Shown here: in pieces, positions 26,090-36,105 of the stretch
Numbering within the stretch: position 1 is the stretch's first letter
How the letters are laid out: every line of letters begins with the position of its first letter
Origin: a virus
Lineage: Duplodnaviria > Caudoviricetes
DNA length: 64,000 bases
IMG/VR virus record: IMGVR_UViG_3300044641_005618
Reading direction: 5' to 3' (one strand)
The notes under the pieces: generated by a model
The model's database searches: none
Seen by the model: only the letters and a program-made list of their open reading frames with translations
Told to the model about the DNA's origin: nothing
Made by a program: the position numbers and the translations under genes

Positions 26090-29000
26090 TCAACCTAGGC
26101 CCTGAGAATCAAGTTCTCTGTTCATTTGGCCAACAGAGACGCGAATAAGATCAACCTCGATTCTTTCCAGTGTTGGTACGGGGGTGTCAAACACCTTCAC
26201 AAACACAACACCGTTCTCGAGGTTTCCCCCGCTGTTAATGCGCTCGTCACAAATCACTTGGAATGCGTCCGAGGGTCTCGCACCGAAGAGTGCACCGGAA
26301 AGGTAAAGCTGACTCAGAACACTATTCCCAATGGAAACAATTTGGTTGAACACAATACCAAACCCGTCAACAACCGAGAAGATCTGGTTGTCGAAAGCAT
26401 TACGAAGGGATCCATAAACCACGTTCTGAATCACACGAGTGTTCACAAATTGGAACTTACGCTGATCAGCGACGGCTTTGTTAATTCGAGTGCGACCGCC
26501 CCAGACGAACACCGCAGTGTTGGGGTACCCTGGCAAGGAACGAAGAACGTTACAACCATCTGGGTTAAGCAAGTTTTGCTGAGCCGAGTTCACAGAAATT
26601 TGAACGCCAGCAGCGTCTGCGAGTTGGTACTTGGTACCTGCAGGGGGGAACTGGAACCCTTCGGAGCGGTAACGGCGAGCTGCGATCCCGGTCACATACG
26701 GAGAGGGGGGAACAAATTGTCCTGCCGAGTTCTCCACGTATGGGCCGTAGAAAGCAATGAAGCCGAAGGCATTGAAGTAGCGCTGGCTGTCCTCGAATAG
26801 TCTGTTGACATTGTCAACACCCGCTTCCACAAACACAGCTTGGGGTTCGCCTGCAAATCCAACACCACGAAGTGCTTCGTCGATAATTTCGGTAGACGTG
26901 ATGGTCTCGAATCTCCACAGATTTGTGCTTGGTGTTTGTTCAGGAGTGAGAGCAAATTCAACTTGTGAACCGTAACAAACAGTGGAAACTGTGCTCAAGT
27001 CACCGCCAAGGGTGTTCGCCGGCACAACAACCCAACTGTAGGATGAGCCGTCAAATGTAACCGCCAACCTGTCCCCGACAACGACTCGTGTAACTCCGTC
27101 AGGAGCAACGGAGTTCGCCGGTGCAACCGTAACGTTAAAATAAACTCCGCTCAATTTTGAGAGAGCTGCTTGAATTGCAACTCCAGTGCTGTCAACGAGG
27201 AGACCACAAGCGGTGACGTATGGCGTCACAGAAACAAGCTTTCCGAGGACAACAGTGGTACTTGCGCTGAAGTTTCCTCCGAAAATCGGATCGATCACAG
27301 GGACGATGTGTGCTTCCGAGGAGAAGTTTTGGTCCACAGTGGGGGTGCAAAGAAAGTTCTCAACACTCGTTGAGGTCTCCCCAGGCCCCACAAGTTCTAA
27401 AGAGGGTAACCACCCCGCGTTAGCAGTTTCACCGTACGGGTAGACGTGCTCCGACCCAATAACTAAAGGACTTGAGTTCAGGTACAGGGATACAGTTGGA
27501 TCGTCGTTCGCCGTGAGCAAGTTGTGATCGTACGCACGGTCTGCGATTGTACCCGAAGCCAGTCCGTACTTTCTCCCTCGAACCAACGGAACAACGCTCA
27601 ACTCCGAGAGGTTTACAGTAGTTAACCCGCCGCCTAGGACCGAAGTGTACAGGATGGTGGGACTCGTGGAAATGCTTACCATCCCAACAGGATAGGGAAC
27701 GTAAGAACCTGCAAGGTAGTTGGAGCTAGAAGTTGCAAGTACAAACTTATCGGGGTCAATTACCTTAACATAATAAGCTTGTAGATTGTTTCTAACTGTT
27801 GCCTTAAAGAGGGTTGCAGTGCCTGCCAGAATGGGCTTAGTAAAGAAAAGTTTCTGTCCGTTAACTAATTTGTGAGATGTTACTCCGAAGGAAGCGGCAC
27901 CGGTGTATCCTGGGACAGTGCTTGAGGAAAGCACAGTTGAGGGGTTGAATAGTGAGCGGCTTACAAAGGATAGGCGGTAGTCATCGGTGGTGTTCTGTAA
28001 GCTTCCAGGTAAGTGGAGAGTGTTCACAAAAGCAGGAGCACCAGTCAGATTGTGAATCAAGTTTGAGGTCTGACCCTCAATAGTTACAGGTAAATCCCAC
28101 TGGGGTGTGGTATAAGTCGCTTGAGCTGTACTTGAAGTTGGGGATGCAACACTGAATGCTCCGGAGGGAGTTAGAGGTGCGTTTAATGCAGCACTGGTAC
28201 CCCCCAAGGCTGTAACTTCAGCCAGAATTGACACAGCTTGAGTAGAAGTTTGTGCGATATAAACGTATTGTACTTGTCCGTCTGATGGGTACGTTCCGTA
28301 TTGGGCACTGGAAAGTGGGGGTGCCACGAAGTACACCTCAGTTGAGGTTTCTCCAAGTGGAAGTAGGGGCAGAAAATCCGCGCCAAGGCCACTCAATGTT
28401 ACTCGTTGAATCTGGTAGTCTACCGGCCAAACTGTGCTTGACCCCAGGGCGAAGACTCCCCGGTTGGCTAGAGAGGCAGAGGATGTGACTGTGAACTTGG
28501 CTAAGTCCAGGAGGCCAACAGTTTCGCCCTCCGCTACTCCCTCCACTGACGACTGAACAGCAACCTTAGGGTCGTAGCCGGGAACTAGGGTCTGGTGTTT
28601 TAGACGGTCGTATGTTACTTCTTCACCCTTCCACTGATAGATGGCGTTATCAACCAGGTATAGGTTGTCGGTTACAAGGTCTTCTGCGGGCTGATGCGGA
28701 GTGTATTCTTTGTACTTGTTTACGTCGGTAACAAGGAAGGAGCCTGGGTCTGCTGCGGCCATCCACTTAAAGTTGTTGTCCTGGCAGTGTGCGGCAGCTG
28801 CTGCTCCAACTAGGGACCGGCCTTCGGCGTCGAATTGAGCGTACGCGGTGGGAGTTACAAGGTACCCTTGGTTTGCTTGTCCGTCAAAGGCAGTGTTAAT
28901 ACACTGAACGTAATCCTGAGGAACTCGCTCAAGATTGTTTTGAAGGCCAACGACATTTTGAATACTGTACGCGGTCTGCATTAAGACCTTTTGCGCTCCA

Positions 29001-29743
29001 ACTGGCAGTTGCTCGGTTACTACGGAAACACTCCCGTCGTAGGTGGCTGCTGCAATTGTTACGTAGCCGCTTTCCGAGTTTGAGGAAGGGAGCAAATCGT
29101 TTGCGAGGCCCGAGTCACGAACGAATATGGCACTGCTTACACTTGGGTTACTTTGAATAGCTGCGGCGATTGAGCTTGAAATTGCGGCAGAAATTTTGCG
29201 GTTATTGACCTTGTCACCGGAAATGTAATCAACAGGAATTACTGTTGGCACGCCGAGCCATTCCCCTTCGGATGTGTATCCGTTTGAGCCGTCTCCAGCA
29301 ACAAGCTTCAATCCGTTTAAGATAAGCTGTGCATAAACTACGTCGCCAGCTTTAAGGGTAGATGGAAGGCCAGTGCTACTAATCTTGGAGCCCGACGGAA
29401 GAATCTCTATTTCTACAATCTGGTTTGGAGTTCCAACACGAACGACTCGAAGATCACCAACTTGCGCATTCAAAAAGAATGCATTCACACAGTTGTAGCT
29501 AAGGAGGGGAATACGAGTTTCGGGAACTTTCCCTACCAAGGCTTTGTAGTCGGTTAGTGAAGATACTGGAACTGGTGTGTTGAAAGGGAAACGTGCGACA
29601 GTGACGTCTTCCTCAGTTTCAACCAACATGTAAGTTGTGTTGAACGAGGCAATACCGGTGGAAGCTACATTTCCAACACGCTCGTTGATATATGTACCTG
29701 GTGCTCCGGGGACGATACCGGTGCCGAAAGAAAAAGTTGCCAT
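26090..29743 (-). CDS. tail sheath protein, very large (about 1217 aa)
   Basis: N-terminal PGAPGTYINE and C-terminal PPAG...LNPDGCNVLR...VWGGRT...FVNTRV sheath motifs; likely start MATFSFG at 29743. Confidence 0.9.
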   Translation of the reverse strand: MATFSFGTGIVPGAPGTYINERVGNVASTGIASFNTTYMLVETEEDVTVARFPFNTPVPVSSLTDYKALVGKVPETRIPLLSYNCVNAFFLNAQVGDLRVVRVGTPNQIVEIEILPSGSKISSTGLPSTLKAGDVVYAQLILNGLKLVAGDGSNGYTSEGEWLGVPTVIPVDYISGDKVNNRKISAAISSSIAAAIQSNPSVSSAIFVRDSGLANDLLPSSNSESGYVTIAAATYDGSVSVVTEQLPVGAQKVLMQTAYSIQNVVGLQNNLERVPQDYVQCINTAFDGQANQGYLVTPTAYAQFDAEGRSLVGAAAAAHCQDNNFKWMAAADPGSFLVTDVNKYKEYTPHQPAEDLVTDNLYLVDNAIYQWKGEEVTYDRLKHQTLVPGYDPKVAVQSSVEGVAEGETVGLLDLAKFTVTSSASLANRGVFALGSSTVWPVDYQIQRVTLSGLGADFLPLLPLGETSTEVYFVAPPLSSAQYGTYPSDGQVQYVYIAQTSTQAVSILAEVTALGGTSAALNAPLTPSGAFSVASPTSSTAQATYTTPQWDLPVTIEGQTSNLIHNLTGAPAFVNTLHLPGSLQNTTDDYRLSFVSRSLFNPSTVLSSSTVPGYTGAASFGVTSHKLVNGQKLFFTKPILAGTATLFKATVRNNLQAYYVKVIDPDKFVLATSSSNYLAGSYVPYPVGMVSISTSPTILYTSVLGGGLTTVNLSELSVVPLVRGRKYGLASGTIADRAYDHNLLTANDDPTVSLYLNSSPLVIGSEHVYPYGETANAGWLPSLELVGPGETSTSVENFLCTPTVDQNFSSEAHIVPVIDPIFGGNFSASTTVVLGKLVSVTPYVTACGLLVDSTGVAIQAALSKLSGVYFNVTVAPANSVAPDGVTRVVVGDRLAVTFDGSSYSWVVVPANTLGGDLSTVSTVCYGSQVEFALTPEQTPSTNLWRFETITSTEIIDEALRGVGFAGEPQAVFVEAGVDNVNRLFEDSQRYFNAFGFIAFYGPYVENSAGQFVPPSPYVTGIAARRYRSEGFQFPPAGTKYQLADAAGVQISVNSAQQNLLNPDGCNVLRSLPGYPNTAVFVWGGRTRINKAVADQRKFQFVNTRVIQNVVYGSLRNAFDNQIFSVVDGFGIVFNQIVSIGNSVLSQLYLSGALFGARPSDAFQVICDERINSGGNLENGVVFVKVFDTPVPTLERIEVDLIRVSVGQMNRELDSQGLG

Positions 29744-29841
29744 TTGGGTAGATTCCTCCTTTTCCTTACCTTTGTGCCGGCGAGGATAAGTCCGGCGGTG
29801 GTGCCCGTAGGCCAAAGGTTTAGGGTGTATACCTAGAGGTT

Positions 29842-30204
29842 TTACCCTACCTGTCCGGTAACAACTTCGGAGCTATCGAGTGACCACCCGTTCAACCTGC
29901 TCACTTCACGAAGGGCGGACCGATTGTAGGATGACAAGGACAAAAAGTATTCTGCTTCGCTTGAAAAGGGGTAGAAGTCCAAGGATGTCTGCCCTGAACT
30001 TCTACCGAATATTGGGGACTGCTGTGATGCCCCTGACCCTGCTGTGTTTGCCCCCTCTTGAAGAACTGTCCCTGGAGGGGGAAGCTCAACGACAGACCAC
30101 TTGGGGTTGTAGTTTAGAACTTCTCGGTAAGCCAAGGAGTCCGAGTGAAACCCGTACCCTAGCTTTCTCCAGGTCATTCCAGGTTGGAAGACAAATGATT
30201 TCAC
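29842..30204 (-). CDS. LysM / P2 gpX-like tail protein
   Basis: MTWRKLGY...YREVLNYNP....LPPPGTVL. Confidence 0.55.
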   Translation of the reverse strand: MKSFVFQPGMTWRKLGYGFHSDSLAYREVLNYNPKWSVVELPPPGTVLQEGANTAGSGASQQSPIFGRSSGQTSLDFYPFSSEAEYFLSLSSYNRSALREVSRLNGWSLDSSEVVTGQVG

Positions 30205-30206
30205 GA

Positions 30207-30620
30207 TTAAGCAGACCTACGTGCGCGGGCCATGAGAGCCGCACCAGCTTCGGTTCCACGTGTGAGTTGGAAACCCTCCTGACTTGCAATCTCTTTAACT
30301 TCCTTTTGAAGCTGTGCCGACGGGATGAAAGGGTCTACTTCACCGTCTAGTCTTTTTGAGAGCTTTTCTTGTACGGAAGCTTCAATGGACTCCTTGCTCT
30401 GCTTTTCTTTCAACGCAGTTGTTTCAGATGTCTTAAGCTCCACCGTGGCGGGCTCTTGCGACGGTTTCTCAACCTTGTCCTCAACGGTTGAATCGGCGTT
30501 GTTCCCCTCGGCAGGTGCAACTTCGCTCTTGTCTTCGACCCACGCCTCGTCTACGTCCGGCGTTGCGGGGTTGTCTCCAAGAAATTGTCCCTTGTCGTCC
30601 TTAGCTCTTGTCTTTGTCAT
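30207..30620 (-). CDS. hypothetical protein
   Basis: 137-aa ORF; DKGQFLGDNPATPDVDEAW. Confidence 0.6.
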   Translation of the reverse strand: MTKTRAKDDKGQFLGDNPATPDVDEAWVEDKSEVAPAEGNNADSTVEDKVEKPSQEPATVELKTSETTALKEKQSKESIEASVQEKLSKRLDGEVDPFIPSAQLQKEVKEIASQEGFQLTRGTEAGAALMARARRSA

Positions 30621-30629
30621 GGTGATGAG

Positions 30630-31040
30630 TTAATTGAGAATGTGTTTCCAGGCGATTCCTGAAAGTTTTTCGAGAGATGACTTAGGCACCCCCATCCACG
30701 GCCTTGCAGCCATGTTTTTTGTACCAAACTGGTGGTAGGGTCCTACACTAGTCGTAAGGACCGCAAAGCGATCGTTTTTAAGGTAAGATAAGACTTTTGC
30801 AGTATCCTGCATCTTTCCTGTTACCCTGAGAATTGGGAGATCGCCGTACTGCTTTCTCTTCCAAGCACGGTACTGTGTTGTAAGTGGGCGCCAGGCTCGA
30901 CCGTTCGTGTCAGTCTGGTTTTTCCAGTACGGTTTGTTTTCGTTTAGGAGTACAGGGGCCCACTCTAACTTCGTGGGTTCCCACCAATTTGGGTTGAATG
31001 GCTCACCCTTGAAAGGTGTTCTTAGGTTAAACTTGAACAT
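30630..31040 (-). CDS. virion morphogenesis protein (Mu gpG / P2 gpS-like)
   Basis: LRVTGKMQ...YHQFGTKNMAARPWMG. Confidence 0.8.
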   Translation of the reverse strand: MFKFNLRTPFKGEPFNPNWWEPTKLEWAPVLLNENKPYWKNQTDTNGRAWRPLTTQYRAWKRKQYGDLPILRVTGKMQDTAKVLSYLKNDRFAVLTTSVGPYHQFGTKNMAARPWMGVPKSSLEKLSGIAWKHILN

Positions 31041-31465
31041 TAGCGGCCTGCTCTCCTTGACTTTTTGATCTCGTCTTGCTGCTGCTCAGCAACTTTCTGA
31101 TTTATTTCAATCATGCGCTTTATTCGTGACATCGGTTGAGCTTCAAGCCAGTCGATTCCGCTGTCCCAGCGTTGCTTGTTCAGGTGGAACGAAATCTCCA
31201 TCCAACTTTCCGGAGTGAGAATACTCTCGTTGAGAATATTATCAGTGACCCACTTGTAGAGGGCTCGAAAGTTGGTGGAGGATAAAGTCTCAAGACTTTC
31301 AGGGTTCTTTATTAACCTGACAAGTAGTCCCATGGCACTTAAACCCTTATCTTGTAGAACTCTAGCGAAGATAAAGTCTTTCGGGACAATGTCCCGAACA
31401 TGGACTGCCTTGTTTCGCCCTACCGATACTAAAAAGGAAAAGTCTTCGAGTTCTTCAACGGTTAT
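31040..31465 (-). CDS. second (-1) frame of the tail assembly chaperone (T part of a G-T fusion)
   Basis: the frame of ORF 31040-31333 stays open upstream to the CCCAAAA site at 31465-31471, filling the apparent intergenic gap. Confidence 0.7.
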   Translation of the reverse strand: MTVEELEDFSFLVSVGRNKAVHVRDIVPKDFIFARVLQDKGLSAMGLLVRLIKNPESLETLSSTNFRALYKWVTDNILNESILTPESWMEISFHLNKQRWDSGIDWLEAQPMSRIKRMIEINQKVAEQQQDEIKKSRRAGR

Positions 31466-31785
31466 TTTGGGTCTTTCTTTCCTTCTTCGGACCCGTTAGC
31501 CTGTTTAATCAACCCGACTACAACCTTCAGGTCTCGAGCACCCATGTCTGCAACTTCGTCAAAGGACACTTTTTCAGGCCCCACGTTTAGTCGTTCAACA
31601 AGGTGAAAGCTCTGCCGTGTCTCCCCGAGTGCCGACAATTCGTCCTCGATATAGAGCAGGTCTCGTCCAGTCATTTCACGAACTGTGATCTGTCTTCCGT
31701 CCGACAAGGCTCCGCTAAAGGTTAGAAGATCGTGACGGGTGTTTGGTTCTGCGGGTGGGTTTGGTTCTGTAGCTACAGTTCGCAT
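31462..31785 (-). CDS. tail assembly chaperone (Mu gp41-like)
   Basis: ITVREMTGRDLLYIE...DEVADMGARDLKVV; ends GAC CCA AAA TAA. Confidence 0.7.
   Translation of the reverse strand: MRTVATEPNPPAEPNTRHDLLTFSGALSDGRQITVREMTGRDLLYIEDELSALGETRQSFHLVERLNVGPEKVSFDEVADMGARDLKVVVGLIKQANGSEEGKKDPK
31465..31471 (-). promoter_or_regulatory. -1 ribosomal frameshift slippery heptamer C CCA AAA
   Basis: X XXY YYZ in the correct phase just before the stop; AGGA about 9-12 nt upstream. Confidence 0.72.
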
Positions 31786-31800
31786 GGTGATGTTGTATCT

Positions 31801-32016
31801 TTACCGCTCTAGTTTTACCCTAGCTTCTAAGAGCCTTTCCTCAATGAAAAAATCCCCCTGCCCAGGGGGGAGGGAGAGATAAAGCTTATTTGCGACTTCC
31901 CAACTTTTCTTCGCACTTTCCCTGTCACCTAGTTCCAGGCGATCGTAAATGTCCTCGATCCAACTCTCTGTGACTTCTTTCCTAAAGTCGGGGTCTAGGG
32001 GAAGGGGGAACGGCAT
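31801..32016 (-). CDS. hypothetical protein
   Basis: 71-aa ORF tiling the minus strand. Confidence 0.55.
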   Translation of the reverse strand: MPFPLPLDPDFRKEVTESWIEDIYDRLELGDRESAKKSWEVANKLYLSLPPGQGDFFIEERLLEARVKLER

Positions 32017-32951
32017 GTTGGGGGAGTGTGAAAGTCGTCCAAAGGTTGAGACATGTACCTCATTTTTTCATAACCAGGGTCTTCACCCTTACTTCTTTTC
32101 AGCTTTTGCAGCTGCTTAACAAATAAAGAAGGTGTCATGTCGTGCAAATTCTCCTTAGGTATACACAAGGCTTTGCCCCCATTCCCAAATACAAGCAGCT
32201 TAGTTAAACTTTTGTGGTACGGGTGAGTCAAACTTCCAAGAGTGTTAAGCATGATTATCTCTACAGCATCTCTAATTTGCGCATCGGTCAAGTAAGTGTT
32301 GAATCTTGTGTTGGGGTACAAACGCAAGTAGGTCTCTAACTCTTCGGCTGACTTATGAGTGAGCCGCCATTTACCCTCTCTCACCACAAGTACAAGTCGG
32401 TGGGATTCTTCTAACAACGGGTGAACCCATGTGGAACCATCTATGTAGGATCCTGAAGGTGGGTGGTTTCTGTCGCCGCTCTCGTGCGCCAGAATTGTAA
32501 CAGCTCTTGTGGGGGGTAGGTGGTTCCACGGAGTGTACGCGAGCTCTACCCCCGCCGCACCCGCCGCGCCACCGGCTCCACCAGCGCCACCGGACCCCTG
32601 CACAAGACTCCCCAAGGGTGAGACACAAGTTTGGTCAAGCAAGGGCACCCAGTTTGAGCTACTCGCGGTCTCCATCCAAATATACCTCCTACCCTCGGCT
32701 GGACAGTGGTGTATTTGCCCTTTCGATGGGTTTGGTGGGAAAGTTAGGGTTTTATCAAAAAATGTTATGGGATTGTCTTTTCCGTAATTTTCAAGATCGG
32801 CGATAGACGTGGTAGGGTTATTCACCCACTCAAGAAAGTCGTCACAGCTTTCTAGAAACTCGGTGGAGTTAGACGAGTCTGCGCAAATTGGTCGCTTCCC
32901 TTCGGAACCAAACCCCAACCACTTTAGTAGCTTTTCTAAGTAGTGTCCCAC
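31995..32951 (-). CDS. hypothetical protein with Gly/Ala linker
   Basis: 318-aa ORF containing GSGGAGGAGGAAGAAG. Confidence 0.6.
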   Translation of the reverse strand: MGHYLEKLLKWLGFGSEGKRPICADSSNSTEFLESCDDFLEWVNNPTTSIADLENYGKDNPITFFDKTLTFPPNPSKGQIHHCPAEGRRYIWMETASSSNWVPLLDQTCVSPLGSLVQGSGGAGGAGGAAGAAGVELAYTPWNHLPPTRAVTILAHESGDRNHPPSGSYIDGSTWVHPLLEESHRLVLVVREGKWRLTHKSAEELETYLRLYPNTRFNTYLTDAQIRDAVEIIMLNTLGSLTHPYHKSLTKLLVFGNGGKALCIPKENLHDMTPSLFVKQLQKLKRSKGEDPGYEKMRYMSQPLDDFHTPPTCRSPFP

Positions 32952-32968
32952 AATTAAGCTCTTGTTAG

Positions 32969-33178
32969 TTATAGAGAACGAAGCATGCGAATTGCATCAC
33001 CTTGGGAGAAGTACTCTTGTGAGTACAAACAGTCCACAGACGACGGGATGAATCTTCCGTTCTTGTCAAACGGGATCGGCCACCAGTACATGCCTACTTT
33101 TGTTCTGCATGGGTATATGTCTGCGGATTGAACTCGTGGCTTTTTGATCTTGATGGGTGTTTTCATAGTTAGTCTCAA
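32969..33178 (-). CDS. hypothetical protein
   Basis: small ORF coupled to the polymerase stop. Confidence 0.55.
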   Translation of the reverse strand: MRLTMKTPIKIKKPRVQSADIYPCRTKVGMYWWPIPFDKNGRFIPSSVDCLYSQEYFSQGDAIRMLRSL

Positions 33179-36105
33179 ATCAATCCTTTTTGAATAGCTT
33201 CGTATCGTGTCTTTAGCTTGTCTACAGCCCCAATCTCACCGAGTTCGGTCATCGAGTACTCAACTCCGTTAGGTTCTTTCGCACCGTGGGGGTTTGAAGG
33301 TGTTACCGTGCACTCTTTTGGGGACTTACGAATCCGAGAGTCAATTGCTACTGAGGAGAAGAACGCACGACTCAGTGGAAGCTCCGGTATATCCATTGCG
33401 CTATGGAAATTCGCCCAGGTATAAAGATGGGCAATTTGAAACAAAACGGCAAACTGTGTAGCGTACCGATCGGGAGTCATGAAGTGAAGTTCGTCATGAA
33501 TGCTGATAATGAAGCGGTAGGGAATTTTGTACTCTTCCGCTAGCCACGCGACAGCCGTGAGCGTTATGGATAGAATTTCGGCACCCGATGCCTGGATGGC
33601 CCAGTTTGTGCGTCCTGTCCTAAAGTCGGTCCCAACTGCCGCAGGTCGCATTGCAGTCGAAATTTTGGTACCAAGGCAAGGCAGCTGAGGAACCTTTGTC
33701 TTCATGGAGATTCGCTCCATCAAGTTGAATGCGCCGGAGTCAGAACCACCTTCATACACTCCGTTCACAAGAACACCTTTTTTCGAGGACAGTGCTTTCA
33801 GTGCGAAATCCTTAACTTCTCTCTCTCCTTTCTCAGGAAAAGTTCGTCGAATTGGAGTGCTCAATGCTCTTACGCTCCCCCCGTACAAGGTTGCAAAACC
33901 GACAATCTTACTCAGGTCTCTGGCTTTCGCCAGGAGTTTGTACAACTGGGGTTCAATTGGGCTTAACCATTTTTCTCCAGCCTTTACACAATTTGGTACA
34001 TTCAACGGTTCACTCTCATGACTGTAACAAATTCCTAGCTTCCTGTCCCACACAAGCCCCTTATACATCTCAGGGAGAATGGCCCGAGCAAGAGCGGTGT
34101 GGGGGTCAGTGCCGTTTTCCTTGGATCCTGACAGGACATTGTAGCCCATCGGCGAGCATCCGACAAAGCCACCCTCCCAAGTATCGCTGTATATGGATGC
34201 GATCTGAAGCTCTTGACCATCGTAGTCGGCGCTTACAATTTTCCAGCCTTCGGGGGCCTGCACTCGTGTTTTCAGCTCCGTGCCAATTCTCCAGTTTTTC
34301 GTGGAGCACATGGTTGCCATCAAGCTTTCAACGGTTCTTCGAGTTACCGTCCCGTGGCAGAGAATCTCGGGAAGAGTCACGAGAGCGGACGAACCATGCG
34401 GGTTTTCAGCGCGGAGGAAGATCCGGTCCATCACCCGCTTACGAACAGAAGTCCAGTAAGAAATAGCGTTTGAAATCTCCAGAGCTCTCTTAGCTTCAGG
34501 GAGATCGCTACTTAGCCTCCCGGTTTCCATATCTTGGACAAAGTCCTTGCTGAGTAACACTCCGGTATTATCCCCGGTCCCTTTAGGGTGGGGAACTTTT
34601 ACAAGGCTACCTGTTTCATCGTAGTAGCACCAACCCTCTGTTTTGGTTTGAACAATGTGTGATCCCTCGTACTTGAGCTTCAACAGCAAGTGAGCCAATT
34701 GAGACTTCACTCCGATGTGCTGTTGCGGATCTTTCACAAAGGGTTGCACCCAAGTAGGGACCCACGCGTACTTTCCTTTTCTACTCCAAAGCTCCCAATT
34801 AAGCTGAGACACCCAAGGGTCTTGCTCTGCCCACTCCTGCGCCTTCGTGATGCCCTCCTCCGGGTCCTCCACGCTATTAAGGACAGTCTTCCACTCGTTG
34901 TACGTTTTCCACACAAGTTCTCTGCACAGCTCGGTCATTTCCTGGCTGTGCTCATGGAACACTCTTTCTGTGTTCTGAATCCACTCAGCCCAGTTTTCTA
35001 CCAGTGGTACGACCGAGCCGTTTAAGTGGTAGTGGCCGCAAAGGCCCACCATTGAGGGAGTGCTATCGAGATACTTCGGCCACAAAGCCTGAAAAAGCTC
35101 TGCCGTGTAAAATGCGTCCCTTACCGCGTACTCTACGGCCTTCTCAAGAACTGCTGTGATTTGCGAGATGTGCGTAGCGTCTACGAAAATGTCTCGTATC
35201 TTCTTGTCCCCTTGGTTAAGCGGGCGGACAGTCTCATCGCCGAAATACTTTCGAACCTCATAAACGTGAAAGTTGTAACACTGGACCAAGCTGTTTGTTG
35301 AGCCCTCATCTAGCCACTTTGGTGCGTACCTGAGCTTTCTCTTTTCCTCTTCAGTCAGGTTTTCTGGGTCTTTTGCCGCAAGAAGGTACAACCACCGTTG
35401 TCCTGATGCCAAACCCGACACTCCGATATGCGCGGAGAGGGTGTCAAAGTAAAAGTTTTCAGGCTTGTTACGGCTAAGTGAGTATCCTTCTCGTGTTCTC
35501 ACACGATCGTAGCTAATGTTGTGGCCCGCTACAAACCGGTTCTCCCCAATGGGAATAAGGTCGTGTTGGTCCCACTCTTCCTCGGGTAGGGTTGGGTCAA
35601 TAAGCTCTGCCGCGAGCCAAATGTAGGTTGCTTTTTCGCTTAGTGCTGTCCCAATAATTGGAAATGCACCCGCTTTTACAAAGGTTTCAGTGTCGTACGT
35701 GAAAGCCTCTTCGAGAGGGAAGGGTACGGACTCGACAATAAACTTCCCGTCCACAAACTCATAGCGTGTCCATCCCGCCTGATATACGAAATCGGAAACT
35801 GCAGGGAGTTTTGGGAGTTTGCACCCCGCTAGAGAATTCGCAAGGGTTTTGTACACCCCTACCTGCTCTGTTGCTATGTTTTCAAAGTGCTCCTGTAAAT
35901 TGCTACCCCTTAAGCTTGGAAGGGGCAAGGGACCATCGTACAGGTTGTCTGGGTGATCAACAGGGACAGATATACCAAATTGCTTTAAGAGTCGTTCGGC
36001 CTTTTGACGTGCCTTAACTCCCATTGAAGCTGCCTTTTGTCTGCCGAAAACCTTATTGTGCAGTGGAGTAGACAGGACAGGGTAGCCGAGTTCGCTGGTT
36101 CTCAT
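33175..36105 (-). CDS. family A DNA polymerase, mitochondrial Pol-gamma-like
   Basis: exonuclease YDTET, GHNISYDRVR, FDTLSAHIGVSG; polymerase GTVTRR, VSADYDGQEL (motif A), KIVGFATLYGG (motif B), NWAIQASG, ISIHDE (motif C). Confidence 0.92.
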   Translation of the reverse strand: MRTSELGYPVLSTPLHNKVFGRQKAASMGVKARQKAERLLKQFGISVPVDHPDNLYDGPLPLPSLRGSNLQEHFENIATEQVGVYKTLANSLAGCKLPKLPAVSDFVYQAGWTRYEFVDGKFIVESVPFPLEEAFTYDTETFVKAGAFPIIGTALSEKATYIWLAAELIDPTLPEEEWDQHDLIPIGENRFVAGHNISYDRVRTREGYSLSRNKPENFYFDTLSAHIGVSGLASGQRWLYLLAAKDPENLTEEEKRKLRYAPKWLDEGSTNSLVQCYNFHVYEVRKYFGDETVRPLNQGDKKIRDIFVDATHISQITAVLEKAVEYAVRDAFYTAELFQALWPKYLDSTPSMVGLCGHYHLNGSVVPLVENWAEWIQNTERVFHEHSQEMTELCRELVWKTYNEWKTVLNSVEDPEEGITKAQEWAEQDPWVSQLNWELWSRKGKYAWVPTWVQPFVKDPQQHIGVKSQLAHLLLKLKYEGSHIVQTKTEGWCYYDETGSLVKVPHPKGTGDNTGVLLSKDFVQDMETGRLSSDLPEAKRALEISNAISYWTSVRKRVMDRIFLRAENPHGSSALVTLPEILCHGTVTRRTVESLMATMCSTKNWRIGTELKTRVQAPEGWKIVSADYDGQELQIASIYSDTWEGGFVGCSPMGYNVLSGSKENGTDPHTALARAILPEMYKGLVWDRKLGICYSHESEPLNVPNCVKAGEKWLSPIEPQLYKLLAKARDLSKIVGFATLYGGSVRALSTPIRRTFPEKGEREVKDFALKALSSKKGVLVNGVYEGGSDSGAFNLMERISMKTKVPQLPCLGTKISTAMRPAAVGTDFRTGRTNWAIQASGAEILSITLTAVAWLAEEYKIPYRFIISIHDELHFMTPDRYATQFAVLFQIAHLYTWANFHSAMDIPELPLSRAFFSSVAIDSRIRKSPKECTVTPSNPHGAKEPNGVEYSMTELGEIGAVDKLKTRYEAIQKGLI

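Noticed and set aside
29744-29815. Extended sheath N-terminus MAYGHHRR...
   Set aside because: MATFSFG at 29743 follows a purine-rich RBS-like stretch and matches typical sheath starts.
31382-31396. Palindrome CGGGACAATGTCCCG as a frameshift stimulator
   Set aside because: About 70 nt downstream of the slippery site, too far for the usual 5-9 nt spacing.
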